Counted from the stretch's first letter, positions 41,738 through 51,941 are shown. The stretch: DNA of 64,000 nt from Gemmatimonadota bacterium (GCA_036679605.1 JAZDCZ010000386.1:96001-160000), one strand, 5' to 3'. Numbers and translations: made by a program. The notes: a model not told the origin generated them from the sequence alone.

Positions 41738-42688
41738 ATGGCCAAGAAGGTGCTTGTGACCGGTGGTGCTGGATTCATCGGCTCGCACGTTTCTGACCTT
41801 TACGTGAAGGACGGCTACGAGGTCACGATCATCGATAATCTGTCGAGCGGTCGTCGTGAGAACGTTCCGCCCAAAGCAACGTTTGTACAGTGTGATATCG
41901 GCTCGCCGGAGGCTCGCGAGCTGCTCGAGAGCAACCGGTTTGACGTGCTGAACCATCACGCGGCGCAGATGGATGTCCGAGTCTCGGTGGCCGACCCTGA
42001 ATTCGATGCCAGAACCAATATCTTGGGGTTTCTCAACCTTCTGGAGGGCGCTCGGGCCGGCGGTACTGGGCGCGTTGTGTTTGCATCGTCCGGTGGGGTT
42101 GTGTACGGCGAGAGCGACGCACTGCCGCACAAGGAGGATGCCCGCAAGCTGCCCATATCACCATATGGAGTGAGCAAGCTCACCTCGGAGTTCTATCTCG
42201 CTGCCTACTCTCTGCTGCATGGCATTGAGGTCATCTCGTTGCGCTACGGCAACGTCTATGGGCCGCGTCAAAACCCTCATGGTGAGGCTGGTGTCGTCGC
42301 GATATTCTGCAGCCGGATCAGCGCGGGTGCTCCAATCGAGATTTTTGGCGATGGCGAGCAAACACGCGATTACGTATTCGTCACGGACGTTGCGCGCGCG
42401 AACCTAGCCGTTACCAGTTGCCCCGTCGAGAGCATCGACACCATTGACGTGGCCGCATTCAATGTCGGCACCGGAACCGAAACGAGTGTTAACACGCTTG
42501 CACAGACACTGATCGCTGCTACCGGAACCAACACGCAGATAGAGCACCTGCCTCCCCGATCGGGAGAACTTCAAAGGAGCGCAGTGGACATAGGCCGGAT
42601 ACAGCGCGAACTCGATTGGGAGCCGCAGGTTCCATTACAAGAGGGACTGCAAGCTACCTATCAGTGGATTACGGAGAACGCCACGTGA
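41738..42688 (+). CDS. NAD-dependent UDP-sugar 4-epimerase (SDR)
   Basis: TGGAGFIGSH, YGVSK, RYGNVYGPRQ, GEAGVV. Confidence 0.88.
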   Translation: MAKKVLVTGGAGFIGSHVSDLYVKDGYEVTIIDNLSSGRRENVPPKATFVQCDIGSPEARELLESNRFDVLNHHAAQMDVRVSVADPEFDARTNILGFLNLLEGARAGGTGRVVFASSGGVVYGESDALPHKEDARKLPISPYGVSKLTSEFYLAAYSLLHGIEVISLRYGNVYGPRQNPHGEAGVVAIFCSRISAGAPIEIFGDGEQTRDYVFVTDVARANLAVTSCPVESIDTIDVAAFNVGTGTETSVNTLAQTLIAATGTNTQIEHLPPRSGELQRSAVDIGRIQRELDWEPQVPLQEGLQATYQWITENAT

Positions 42689-43401
42689 TCTTACAAGTGG
42701 GCGGAGCGCTGCCGACGAGCCCGTGGGAACTCATCACCGCATCGAGTGTCGCCACCAAGATCGTCCTTCTCATTCTCGTAGTTTTCTCAATGGTCTGCTG
42801 GTCTCTGATTCTACTTAAGTGGGTCCAGTTTAGGCGCGTGAGAAAGCTGGGTGACCGGTTCTTCGACGAGTTGGAACGCACGTCGCGCCTGGAGGATGCA
42901 TACCACGCAGTGATGAAACTGCCGCCGTCTCCGTTCGGCCGCCTGTTGCGGGAAGGTCTGAACTTCTTTTCCGAAATCCGCCCGGGTGCGCTCAAGGAGA
43001 GAGGGGAGCAACCGCAGAACGACACCCTTTCATCCACGCAGCTCGAAGTGCTGCGGATGCAGCTGGCAAAGGAGATAGGTGCGGAACGCGACCTGATGGC
43101 GCGGTTTATACCATGGTTGGCGACTATCGGCTCGGTGAGTCCGCTGATGGGGCTTTTGGGCACGGTACTCGGTGTCATGGATTCATTTCTCGGCATCGCA
43201 TCCGGCGGGTCGGGAAATATTTCGGCGGTCGCACCCGGAGTGGCTGAAGCGCTCGTGACTACCGTCGTGGGCCTGGCGGTCGCGATTCCGGCGGTAATCG
43301 CATATAACCTTCTCGCGAATCGGCTCGGGGTGTTCGTCGGTGAATTGGAAGGTTTCGCTCAGGAGATCATCGGCTCAATGGCGCGAGAAGGAAAAATTTA
43401 G
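42685..43401 (+). CDS. tolQ: TolQ (MotA/TolQ/ExbB family)
   Basis: LATIGSVSPLMGLLGTVLG, APGVAEALVTT; tol-pal context; start GTG 42685. Confidence 0.88.
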   Translation: MILQVGGALPTSPWELITASSVATKIVLLILVVFSMVCWSLILLKWVQFRRVRKLGDRFFDELERTSRLEDAYHAVMKLPPSPFGRLLREGLNFFSEIRPGALKERGEQPQNDTLSSTQLEVLRMQLAKEIGAERDLMARFIPWLATIGSVSPLMGLLGTVLGVMDSFLGIASGGSGNISAVAPGVAEALVTTVVGLAVAIPAVIAYNLLANRLGVFVGELEGFAQEIIGSMAREGKI

Positions 43402-43403
43402 CA

Positions 43404-43832
43404 GTGCCGAATCGAGGATTTGGGAACAGAGGCGACTTGCCACTCAGCGCGGACATCAACGTGACGTCGTTGGTCGATGTCGCATTCGTCCTGCTGATCA
43501 TCTTCATGATCACTGCGCCCATCATGCAGGGGGGGGTGGACGTCGAGCTGCCGCGAGGCGAGGCCCGTCCGATCCAGCCCAAGGACGGGCTCAACGTCAC
43601 CGTGAACCGGGAGGGCCGGATCTTTGTGGGAGACGACAAGACTTCCCTCTCGTATCAAGAGTTTCGTACCACGTTCAAGGCGCTGGTCGATCGGCGGAAG
43701 CCCAACGGCGTTTACCTTCATGGCGATAAGCGTGCCGACTACGGTGATGTGGTGCGCGTATTGGCAGTGATTCAGGCGGCGGGGATCGAAGGGGTGGGAA
43801 TAGTCTTGCAAGACGAGGTAATACGTCGGTGA
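43404..43832 (+). CDS. tolR: TolR (ExbD family)
   Basis: DINVTSLVDVAFVLLIIFMITAP. Confidence 0.88.
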   Translation: MPNRGFGNRGDLPLSADINVTSLVDVAFVLLIIFMITAPIMQGGVDVELPRGEARPIQPKDGLNVTVNREGRIFVGDDKTSLSYQEFRTTFKALVDRRKPNGVYLHGDKRADYGDVVRVLAVIQAAGIEGVGIVLQDEVIRR

Positions 43833-44530
43833 GAGGATTGGGCCGGCCGGGTGTGACCAGCGCAACTGGAACCCGCGCAAGAACCGGCGGAGCAGTGGCA
43901 GGTAGTCTTGCCTTTCACATTCTCGCGGGTGCGTTGGTGTTGGTACCGGCCGGGGTGCAGCGAGCCATGCCGCCGGTCTACCGTGTGGAACTAGTCGCGG
44001 CCCCGAAAACAACTCGACAGACCCGCCGCGCTCCGGAGGTTGTGCAACGGCCGGCCGAGCGGACGGTGCCTACGCGTCAAGAACGTCGTACGTCTGTCGC
44101 AGAAGCGCCCCCTCCTCCCAAGCAAGATCGCGAACACGAGCAGGAGCCGGCGGCACGGACGAATCCCGACACGTTGGTCGCGGATGCAGAGCCCTCGACC
44201 GGGAGCGATCCCGCGACGGTAAACACCAGCGGCGTAGATTTCCCGTACCCTGCCTACCTGCAAAATATCGTGGTACAGGTGTATCGCAGGTGGAGCCGTC
44301 CCAAGGGCAACCGGTCGCTCAAGGCCGAAGTGATATTTTTCATTCACCGGGACGGTGCGGTCACTAATTTTCAGTTTGTGCAACGCTCGGGGAGTTTCGG
44401 ATTTGACACGGAGGCTCAGGGAGCCATAGAGGCGGCCGCCAATGCGGTCGCGTTTGGCCCGCTGCCTGATGGTTATCCGGCCGACGTTCTTCCGGTGAGC
44501 TTCTTCTTCGATCCCAAGTCGGCGAGATGA
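43829..44530 (+). CDS. tolA: short TolA/TonB-like protein
   Basis: TM with SxxxH (SLAFH), extended linker, TonB_C-like domain; between tolR and tolB. Confidence 0.75.
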   Translation: MRGLGRPGVTSATGTRARTGGAVAGSLAFHILAGALVLVPAGVQRAMPPVYRVELVAAPKTTRQTRRAPEVVQRPAERTVPTRQERRTSVAEAPPPPKQDREHEQEPAARTNPDTLVADAEPSTGSDPATVNTSGVDFPYPAYLQNIVVQVYRRWSRPKGNRSLKAEVIFFIHRDGAVTNFQFVQRSGSFGFDTEAQGAIEAAANAVAFGPLPDGYPADVLPVSFFFDPKSAR

Positions 44531-45906
44531 CGGAGGGTTTGCGCAAGCGGATGCTCGGGGCGAAGACGCTGCGGGTTCTGCAGTTCTTGTTAGCGCCGGC
44601 GTTGGCAGCCAGTGCGGTGTCGGCCCAGGACACCATCCCGCCGGTTGAGCAAGGAGTCCGACTGGGTATCACTTACACCCCGGGAATGCGGCCGGGCATG
44701 CTCGTGTTGGGAGGACCGCATCGAGAAGTGCTCGATTCCGCCCGCACAATCTTGCGGCGAGATCTGGATTTCAGCGATCGCTTTGAGATGATTTTCCTGC
44801 CGGGTGGAGACAGTCTGGTTCTGGGTGTGAGCACGACCGAAGACAACGGGACGACCTCCGGGGTCTTCGTCAATTATTCGCTATATGCTGCTCTCGGGGC
44901 CGATTTCGCGGTCAGCGTGTTGGAGACCCCAGATTCCTCTCTCAGCGTGAACGTTTATGACGTGAGGGGTGAGGCGGTGGCCAAGAGCGCAGTGCTGGCC
45001 GAATCCGATCCTCACTCGCCAGAGTTTAGGATGGAGGTACACCGGGCGGCGGACGAAGTGGTTCGCGTGGCGACCGGCGAGGTTGGGTTTGCGGCCAGCC
45101 GCGTCACATTCGTCAGCCGGGGTCGACTCTATACAATCGACTCTGACGGACGTGGGCGCAGGCCCCTGTCTCCCGATGGTGTGTCCGCCTTTTCTCCTGC
45201 CTGGTCTCCCGATGGTTGGATGCTGGCCTATACCGATTTCAGGCAGGGGAGCATCAGGCTCCATGACCTGAGATCGGATACGGAATCGACGATTGCGGTC
45301 ACTTCCCAATATATGAACTACAGTCCGATATTCTCTCCGGACGGACGGGCATTGGCGTTCAGTCGGAGCTGGGAACAGGGCACTGACCTCTTCTCATATA
45401 ACCTTGCGCAGGACTGTTGTTTACAACGCTTGACGGTGGGTCGGTTTTCCGATAACCTTTCACCAGCATTTAGCCCAGACGGGCGTCGAATCGCGTTCGA
45501 GTCAACTAGATCGGGCCTTGCTCAGATCTACGTGATGGCGTCAGATGGCACCGACCAGGAGCTGTTCGCACCATTTGATTATGGGGTAACGGGCGACTCG
45601 CATAGTCCGACTTGGTCTCCCGATGGGTTGTGGTTGGCGTTTCATCGAACGGTGGCCGGAAGTCCGCAGGTTTTCTTGATGGATTCGCGGACCAGAAGTG
45701 TCCGGCAGTTGACGAGCTTTGGCCGTAATGAAGATCCATCGTGGGGGCCCGACAGTCGGCACCTTGTGTTCAAGTCGAGCCGCACGGGATCGGAGCAGGT
45801 CTGGGTGATGGATACCGACACCGGACGCGTTCGCCAGCTGACTAGAATTGGTGGTACGAGGTTTCCCAAGTGGTCTCTTCGTATAGAGAGACCTGACGAA
45901 AACTGA
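44527..45906 (+). CDS. tolB: TolB beta-propeller protein
   Basis: DLDFSDRF N-domain, PD40 repeats (PAWSPDG, PAFSPDG). Confidence 0.88.
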   Translation: MTEGLRKRMLGAKTLRVLQFLLAPALAASAVSAQDTIPPVEQGVRLGITYTPGMRPGMLVLGGPHREVLDSARTILRRDLDFSDRFEMIFLPGGDSLVLGVSTTEDNGTTSGVFVNYSLYAALGADFAVSVLETPDSSLSVNVYDVRGEAVAKSAVLAESDPHSPEFRMEVHRAADEVVRVATGEVGFAASRVTFVSRGRLYTIDSDGRGRRPLSPDGVSAFSPAWSPDGWMLAYTDFRQGSIRLHDLRSDTESTIAVTSQYMNYSPIFSPDGRALAFSRSWEQGTDLFSYNLAQDCCLQRLTVGRFSDNLSPAFSPDGRRIAFESTRSGLAQIYVMASDGTDQELFAPFDYGVTGDSHSPTWSPDGLWLAFHRTVAGSPQVFLMDSRTRSVRQLTSFGRNEDPSWGPDSRHLVFKSSRTGSEQVWVMDTDTGRVRQLTRIGGTRFPKWSLRIERPDEN

Positions 45907-45939
45907 ACTTGACTCAACGAACCTGATCTTGGAGTTACA

Positions 45940-46569
45940 ATGCGCCTTTCCCTAGCCACTACATTGGGCATTTCTGCCATCCTGATCGCCAGCGCCTGCG
46001 GCGGCAATCCACCACCGCCGGTCACACCCCAGCCCGATCCGGATTCCATTGCACGGGCGAACGCCCAGCGAGACTCAATTGCGCGCGAGACGGCCCGTGC
46101 AGACAGCTTGAGGCGCGTGAGGGAACGCGAGGAGCGCGTCCGCCGCCAGCGGACTACCGATTCCCTGGCGACAATCCGCCGGGAGACAGATGCCGTCCGC
46201 GCGATGATTGCCCGAAGAGTCCACTTCGATTTCGATAAATCTGCAGTCCGTGTGGGTGAGGACACCGATGTGTTGAATGAGAAGCTGGCGGTCTTGCAGG
46301 CCAATCCCGGATTGAGTATCGAGATCACCGGACACTGCGATGAGCGCGGAACCGATCAGTATAATGTTGCCCTGGGCAATAGGAGAGCGATTTCAGCCCG
46401 GAAATTCCTGACCGACCGGGGCATAGATGCATCGCGCATTACTGTCGAGTCGAGGGGTGAGGAGCAGCCGGCCGACGCGGGCCACACTGAGAGCGCCTGG
46501 GCTATGAACCGACGGTCCGAATTCACAATTACGGGTGGTGGTTCGGTTCTCAAGCGTCCTGGGATGTGA
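45940..46569 (+). CDS. pal: peptidoglycan-associated lipoprotein
   Basis: Lipobox ASAC, HFDFDKS, GHCDERGTDQYNVALG, NRR. Confidence 0.92.
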   Translation: MRLSLATTLGISAILIASACGGNPPPPVTPQPDPDSIARANAQRDSIARETARADSLRRVREREERVRRQRTTDSLATIRRETDAVRAMIARRVHFDFDKSAVRVGEDTDVLNEKLAVLQANPGLSIEITGHCDERGTDQYNVALGNRRAISARKFLTDRGIDASRITVESRGEEQPADAGHTESAWAMNRRSEFTITGGGSVLKRPGM

Positions 46570-47354
46570 GGTCGTTTGGTGCATTTGTAGTAGCGTCCGT
46601 CGCCTTGAGCGCTTGTGCGCTCAAGGGCGATGTTCGTCGCGTTGAGAACGAAGTACAGCAACTCCGTGCTGAAATGGCCCGCGCAGATTCTGCGCGGGCC
46701 GATTTTTTTGATGTCACATTCCAACAGATAATCACGCTCCAGCAACGCCTTACGGACTCTGTTAGGCTCCAGAGTCAGCGGTTGGTGGCGTTTCAGGGCA
46801 CGGTCCGAACCGACATGACAGAGGTCTTGCGGCTGCTGGTTCAAACTCAAGAACTCACTGGCCAGAGCCAACAGCGACTCTCCGAGTTACAGGACAGGCT
46901 GGAGGAACGCGAAAGGGTCCCGGTCGTCCAGGGAGCGGTCGCCGGAGATACGTCGGGTGCGGCGATCTCTGCGGGGGATGTGCCACCTGCCTCCGAGATA
47001 TACAACGTCTCGATCCAGCAACTGCGCCGCGGCAGCGTTCAGACGGCGCGCCAGGGTTTCAGATTTCTGCTGAGCAATTATCCCGACGACGAGCGGGCTG
47101 GAGATGCACTGTTTCATATCGGCGAATCATGGGAGCGCTCGGATCCCGATTCAGCTGCTGTCGCCTATGAGCTTGTTGCACAGCGCTATCAAGACTCGCC
47201 AAGAGCCCCCACGGCGCTGTACCGTCTTGGTCTTCTTGCCGAGCAACGGGGGGACCTAGAAGCAGCACAGGTGTATTACAATCGGGTTGTCAGCGGATGG
47301 CCCAGGTCGGACGCTGCTGAACTCGCCCGGGCCAAACTGAATCCGGGCCGCTAG
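46566..47354 (+). CDS. cpoB: Tol-Pal associated CpoB/YbgF-like protein with lipobox
   Basis: LSAC, coiled coil, three C-terminal TPRs; directly after pal. Confidence 0.8.
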   Translation: MRSFGAFVVASVALSACALKGDVRRVENEVQQLRAEMARADSARADFFDVTFQQIITLQQRLTDSVRLQSQRLVAFQGTVRTDMTEVLRLLVQTQELTGQSQQRLSELQDRLEERERVPVVQGAVAGDTSGAAISAGDVPPASEIYNVSIQQLRRGSVQTARQGFRFLLSNYPDDERAGDALFHIGESWERSDPDSAAVAYELVAQRYQDSPRAPTALYRLGLLAEQRGDLEAAQVYYNRVVSGWPRSDAAELARAKLNPGR

Positions 47355-47382
47355 CTAAACCGGTGCGTCCGGCGCACTCCAA

Positions 47383-50300
47383 ATGACTAGGAAACATCAC
47401 AAGGGCGAAATGCCCTTTCTCGATCATCTCGAGGAACTGAGATGGCACATCCTGTGGAGTCTTGCCGCCCTCGTAGTAGGCTCGGCGATAGGCTTCTACA
47501 CGGTGCAGCACTTCGACGTGCTGGCGTTGCTCAAGGCTCCGATCGCGCCATTCCTTCCCGAGGGCAAGCTGTTCGTCACGCGGCCCACCGAAGCATTTTT
47601 TATCACCCTCAAGCTTGCCCTGCTCGTCGGAGTCGTGCTCGCCGCACCGATCATTGCATGGCGAGCGTGGTCGTTCCTGTCGCCGGCAATGTATGAACAC
47701 GAAAAGAAGCATGTAACACCGGCCCTGATTGCAGGGATAGGACTGTTCCTGGCAGGGGCATTGATGGCATACCTGTGGGTGCTGCCGGCCGCTCTCAAGA
47801 TCTTCTTCTCGTTCCAGCGGGAGGATCTCGAGTTCATCATCACAGCAAACGAGTATTTCAGTCTGGCCACCCAGATCATACTCGCGTTTGGAATCATGTT
47901 CGAACTTCCGGTTCTCATGGTGTTCCTCGCGACGATCGGGCTCGTTGGCCCCTCGGCATTTGCCAAGAACCGGCCGTTCGCACTTGTGGTAGCAGCCGTT
48001 CTTGCCGCCATGCTCACGCCACCCGATGTGGTGTCGATGCTGATGTTGATGGCGCCGATCGTGTTGCTTTACGAAGTCGGTATCATGATTTCGCGGGTCG
48101 TATGGAAGAAACGAGTCAACAATACAATTGCTGGCGCGGTGCTCATCCTATGCCTTTTGGGCGGTGCCACGTCCGTCAGTGCCCAAGGCGGGCAGCCACC
48201 GCCGCCGCCCCAGGGGCAGGCTGGTGTCCTGCAGGATACTGTTCCCCAGCCGATCGACACCGCTGCTGCGCGACTACTTGGCCTTCCCACTCAACCATCC
48301 CGCTCCTTCCCATCCGCAGACTCACTTCTTACGGCCCTGGCGGCGCTGACTGGATATGGAGTGACACGTTACGCCGCCGACAATCTGTCGCTGTTGACTC
48401 AGACGAGCGCCATCACGCTGAACGGACGTGCCTTGGTCGAGCGCGAGGGAAGTTTACTGGAGGCCGACTCTGTGCTGTTCTTGCAGAGCGAATGTAGAAT
48501 GTTGGCGACTGGAGATCCCAAGCTCTTTGACAGGGAGACGATTTTAGTGGGCGAGGGAATGTCATATGATACCTGTCTCAGGCGCGGAATCATCGCCAAA
48601 GGCTTTACGAGATTCAACCAACAGGGGGTAGATTGGTTCCTGAAGGGTGAGTTGGCGGTAGATTCTGCGTCCACCCGCATGTACTCGTATGAAAGCGACG
48701 TTACCTCGTGCGATCTCCCAACTCCGCACTATCACTTCGCGGCGCATAACGTCAAGTGGGTTTCCAACAACCTCATGGTAGCACGGCCCGCGGTGCTCTA
48801 TGTGCGAGATGTGCCGGTATTGTGGCTTCCGTTCATGTTTCAGGACATGCGCATCGGTAGGAGAAGTGGCATCCTGGTCCCACGGTTTGGAATCAATGAT
48901 CTGGTTCGTCCGAGTAGTGGCTACAAGCGCCATATAACCAATACGGGATACTACTTCGCCATCAACGATTACATGGATTTCCAGACTTCTATCGATTGGT
49001 TCTCGGAGAATTTTGTGGCGCTGAACGGTCAGTTCAGGTATCGGTGGCTCAACCAATTCGTGACTGGAAATCTTGCCCTGTCACGAATCTTCGAGTCGGG
49101 AGTGGACGGGGTGGGGGGCGCCAAATCTATGCGACTACAGTGGACGCACCAACAGAGTTTTGATCAACGCACCCGTTTGAACGCCAGCGTCGACTATGCG
49201 ACGAGTGCTCGCGTTGTGGAGCGAAATTCGGTCGATCCACTCCTTCAGACGGCCACATTGGGCAGCAGGATCAACTTCAACAAGCAGTATGACTGGGGAA
49301 CGGTGACGGTTGGCGGGAGCCGCACGCAAGATCTGAGCAACAATACGGTGAGCCAGACGCTCCCCAATCTGAGTATCTCCCCTGTCCCGATCAACTTGAG
49401 CGAGAACATCACTTGGTCTCCGTCGTTCTCATTGACGAGGGTGCAGCGACTGAGCCAACGACCAGGCATCCCATTGCTATCGGCGCCGATAGGTGGGGTC
49501 GAGAGCGTAGACTCTCTATTTCCCGATCAGCGGACTCTGTCCGTTAGAGTCAATACCCCGCTTAGAGTCGGTCGGTGGAATCTGCAGAACGATTTCAGCT
49601 TCAGCGACTTCACGACGGACCGTCCGCCGCCGCCGCTCACAATCATCGATCCCGACGACTCAAGCCAGGTCACGACCCGGTTTTTCGGAGAGGACTTCAA
49701 CTCGAGCCTTGACTGGAATACGGGGATCAATCTGCCGATCCTGCTGTCGAGTACATGGAAGCTACAGCCAACACTGGGCATCCAGAACAAGACATCGGGC
49801 CCGTTCATGATACGAAACCGTTTTTCCGGTGGTAATTGGGTTAGCCAGGGGAAGAGGCTGTCGTTTGGTGCCAGCATCTCGCCGACGCTGTTCGGTTTCC
49901 TCCCCGGCGTGGCCGGGTTATCCCGCATCAGACATGCAGTATCTCCGCGGGTCAGCTGGAATCTCAGGCCATCGGCAACGGTGCCTGAGGACTTTGCCAG
50001 GGCCCTTGCCGGCCCTTCTGCTACTCTGCAGTTGAAGAGTCCTACGGTTCATACCGTCAGCTTCGGTCTGTCGCAGACGTTTGAAGGAAAACTCAAGCCC
50101 CCACCAGACGACACGACGTCGGATATCCGTAACTTGCCCAAGGTCAAAGTGCTGCGTATTCAGACATCGTCGATCCAGTATGATTTCGAGCAAGCGAAGA
50201 AACCCGGAAGGAATGGCTGGCGCACGCAGTCGTTGCGGAACAGCTTGACTAGCGATCTACTGCGTGGTTTTACGCTTTCGGCGTCCCACGATCTGTGGGA

Positions 50301-50898
50301 TGGCCCCGTGGGTTTTGACAGTTCGTCTTTTAGTCCCTTTCTCACATCGGTGTCGGCGCGCTTCAGCCTAACTGGACCGACGATCACCAACGTCTTGGCC
50401 ATGCTGACGGGCGGAAACACCAAGCCCGAACCGGAAGAGGAGTTCGATGACGAAGACGACTTGCTGCAGCCTCAGGGCACGGCGACTGGTCCTCCGCGTG
50501 GACTCGATCCGGCCATCGACCGACTCGGTGCGCGCCGTCTGCCCGGGCGCGGTTTTCGTGCCGGCATCACCTACGACGACAAACGCAGGCGTCCGCGTCG
50601 TACTTCGGATTCGACTGTCATCGAGACACCGGCTGAGCGCACTGTTGGGTTGCAGGTTGGTTTCTCTCCCACCGCAGCTTGGTCGGTATCGTGGAACACG
50701 CAGTACAACGCAACGACAAAGGACTTCGGACAGCACATAGTTAGGATGGACCGCGAGATGCATCGATGGCGGGCGACCTTCTCATTTGTGAAGGCCCCCA
50801 ACGGCAACTTTGCCTTTAACTTTTTCATCACTCTCACCGACCAGCCGGAACTGAAGTTCCAGTACGATCAACGCACTGTCAGGCAGGGACGGCGCTAG
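47383..50898 (+). CDS. fusion of TatC (about aa 1-245), an internal signal peptide and an LptD-like outer-membrane protein (from about aa 268)
   Basis: TatC motifs PFLDHLEELR, FLSPAMYEHEK, FELP, LTPPD, LYE; then TSCDLPTPHY, VPVLWLPF, RRSGILVP, GYYFAINDY, REMHRW typical of LptD-like proteins; no stop codon between them. Confidence 0.85.
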   Translation: MTRKHHKGEMPFLDHLEELRWHILWSLAALVVGSAIGFYTVQHFDVLALLKAPIAPFLPEGKLFVTRPTEAFFITLKLALLVGVVLAAPIIAWRAWSFLSPAMYEHEKKHVTPALIAGIGLFLAGALMAYLWVLPAALKIFFSFQREDLEFIITANEYFSLATQIILAFGIMFELPVLMVFLATIGLVGPSAFAKNRPFALVVAAVLAAMLTPPDVVSMLMLMAPIVLLYEVGIMISRVVWKKRVNNTIAGAVLILCLLGGATSVSAQGGQPPPPPQGQAGVLQDTVPQPIDTAAARLLGLPTQPSRSFPSADSLLTALAALTGYGVTRYAADNLSLLTQTSAITLNGRALVEREGSLLEADSVLFLQSECRMLATGDPKLFDRETILVGEGMSYDTCLRRGIIAKGFTRFNQQGVDWFLKGELAVDSASTRMYSYESDVTSCDLPTPHYHFAAHNVKWVSNNLMVARPAVLYVRDVPVLWLPFMFQDMRIGRRSGILVPRFGINDLVRPSSGYKRHITNTGYYFAINDYMDFQTSIDWFSENFVALNGQFRYRWLNQFVTGNLALSRIFESGVDGVGGAKSMRLQWTHQQSFDQRTRLNASVDYATSARVVERNSVDPLLQTATLGSRINFNKQYDWGTVTVGGSRTQDLSNNTVSQTLPNLSISPVPINLSENITWSPSFSLTRVQRLSQRPGIPLLSAPIGGVESVDSLFPDQRTLSVRVNTPLRVGRWNLQNDFSFSDFTTDRPPPPLTIIDPDDSSQVTTRFFGEDFNSSLDWNTGINLPILLSSTWKLQPTLGIQNKTSGPFMIRNRFSGGNWVSQGKRLSFGASISPTLFGFLPGVAGLSRIRHAVSPRVSWNLRPSATVPEDFARALAGPSATLQLKSPTVHTVSFGLSQTFEGKLKPPPDDTTSDIRNLPKVKVLRIQTSSIQYDFEQAKKPGRNGWRTQSLRNSLTSDLLRGFTLSASHDLWDGPVGFDSSSFSPFLTSVSARFSLTGPTITNVLAMLTGGNTKPEPEEEFDDEDDLLQPQGTATGPPRGLDPAIDRLGARRLPGRGFRAGITYDDKRRRPRRTSDSTVIETPAERTVGLQVGFSPTAAWSVSWNTQYNATTKDFGQHIVRMDREMHRWRATFSFVKAPNGNFAFNFFITLTDQPELKFQYDQRTVRQGRR

Positions 50899-50906
50899 GC
50901 GATCCC

Positions 50907-51003
50907 TGTCCCAAATGCAGGACATTTATTTCCCAAGGCCTAGTGGGTAATTACTTGTAAAACAATAGGTTACGAGTTCATAGCTGGTTGGCACGCGATC
51001 TGC
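50907..51003 (+). promoter_or_regulatory. sigma54-type promoter module (activator site, IHF-like site, -24/-12)
   Basis: TGTCC-N8-GGACA at 50907-50924; AAACAATAGGTTA at 50960-50972; TGGCACGCGATCTGC at 50989-51003. Confidence 0.7.
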
Positions 51004-51044
51004 CTCCGTTAGCGACAGAACGGTCAGAGACTGGGAGGCTTGAG

Positions 51045-51941
51045 ATGCGACGAGTACTGCTCGTGCCATTGGTCGGGATTCTTGCAGCTGCCTGCGGCAA
51101 TGATTCAGTCAACGACATTGTCGTAACTGAGTTGGAACCGCCGGCGTCACTAACCACTACGAGTCTCAACGGCGCGATCCATTTGGCGTGGACCGACAAT
51201 TCCTTTGCCAATGCGCCGGCCGACCTGTTTCTGCAGTACAGGGTGTACAGCACTGGTTTCGATATCGACATCGACGGCGGGCTGTGTGACCAGACCTGGG
51301 ATCAGGAAGGATCAACCATCGCACCGGAGTTCTTGGTCGGCGCGCTGACCAACGGAGTTCCGCGGTGCTACGGCATAACCGCGGAGAGTCTGGATGGGGG
51401 AGAGAGCGATTTCTCGCCGATCTGGGGGGATACTCCACGGCCGGATGCTCGTAACGTCTTGATCTTTGCGATACAGAGCGGCCCCACACAGAGCGGGTTT
51501 CGCTTCTTCCAAGACGTGGACGGCAACGGGCAGGTGAGCGCATTGGAACTAGGTGCGGTAGCAGACGGAAACCGTACGGATATCGATTTTTGGGTCGACC
51601 GCGACTCGAACGGCGATTTTTTCATGGTTCCGGAGCGCGCAGGTACTGAACTCGCACTCTATGATCCAGACCCGATAGCGGACTTGACTTCGATCAACTT
51701 TGCCCCAGTGGGTGGCTACGGTCGCAACGCGATCCAAGCGCTGCCGCAGTTTGGTTACGTGTTCCAGATGGATGAGGGCGATGGATTCCCGCGGTTTGGG
51801 GCAGTTCGGGTGACTCACGTCGGGGCCGACTACATGTTGTTCGACTGGAGCTACCAGACGGACCCAGGCAACCCAGAGCTGTCAGTGCATGGGGGTGCCG
51901 GAATCGCCGGTGACGAAAGCTTGGTAGTGCCGAGCCGGTAA
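51045..51941 (+). CDS. lipoprotein with FN3-like domain and DxDxNG loop
   Basis: GGGAGG SD, MRRVLLVPLVGILAAAC lipobox, DVDGNGQVSALE. Confidence 0.8.
   Translation: MRRVLLVPLVGILAAACGNDSVNDIVVTELEPPASLTTTSLNGAIHLAWTDNSFANAPADLFLQYRVYSTGFDIDIDGGLCDQTWDQEGSTIAPEFLVGALTNGVPRCYGITAESLDGGESDFSPIWGDTPRPDARNVLIFAIQSGPTQSGFRFFQDVDGNGQVSALELGAVADGNRTDIDFWVDRDSNGDFFMVPERAGTELALYDPDPIADLTSINFAPVGGYGRNAIQALPQFGYVFQMDEGDGFPRFGAVRVTHVGADYMLFDWSYQTDPGNPELSVHGGAGIAGDESLVVPSR

Noticed and set aside
48085..48183. Twin-arginine signal at the TatC-LptD junction
   Set aside because: Sequence is WKKRV with no S-R-R-x-F-L-K motif; it looks Sec-type
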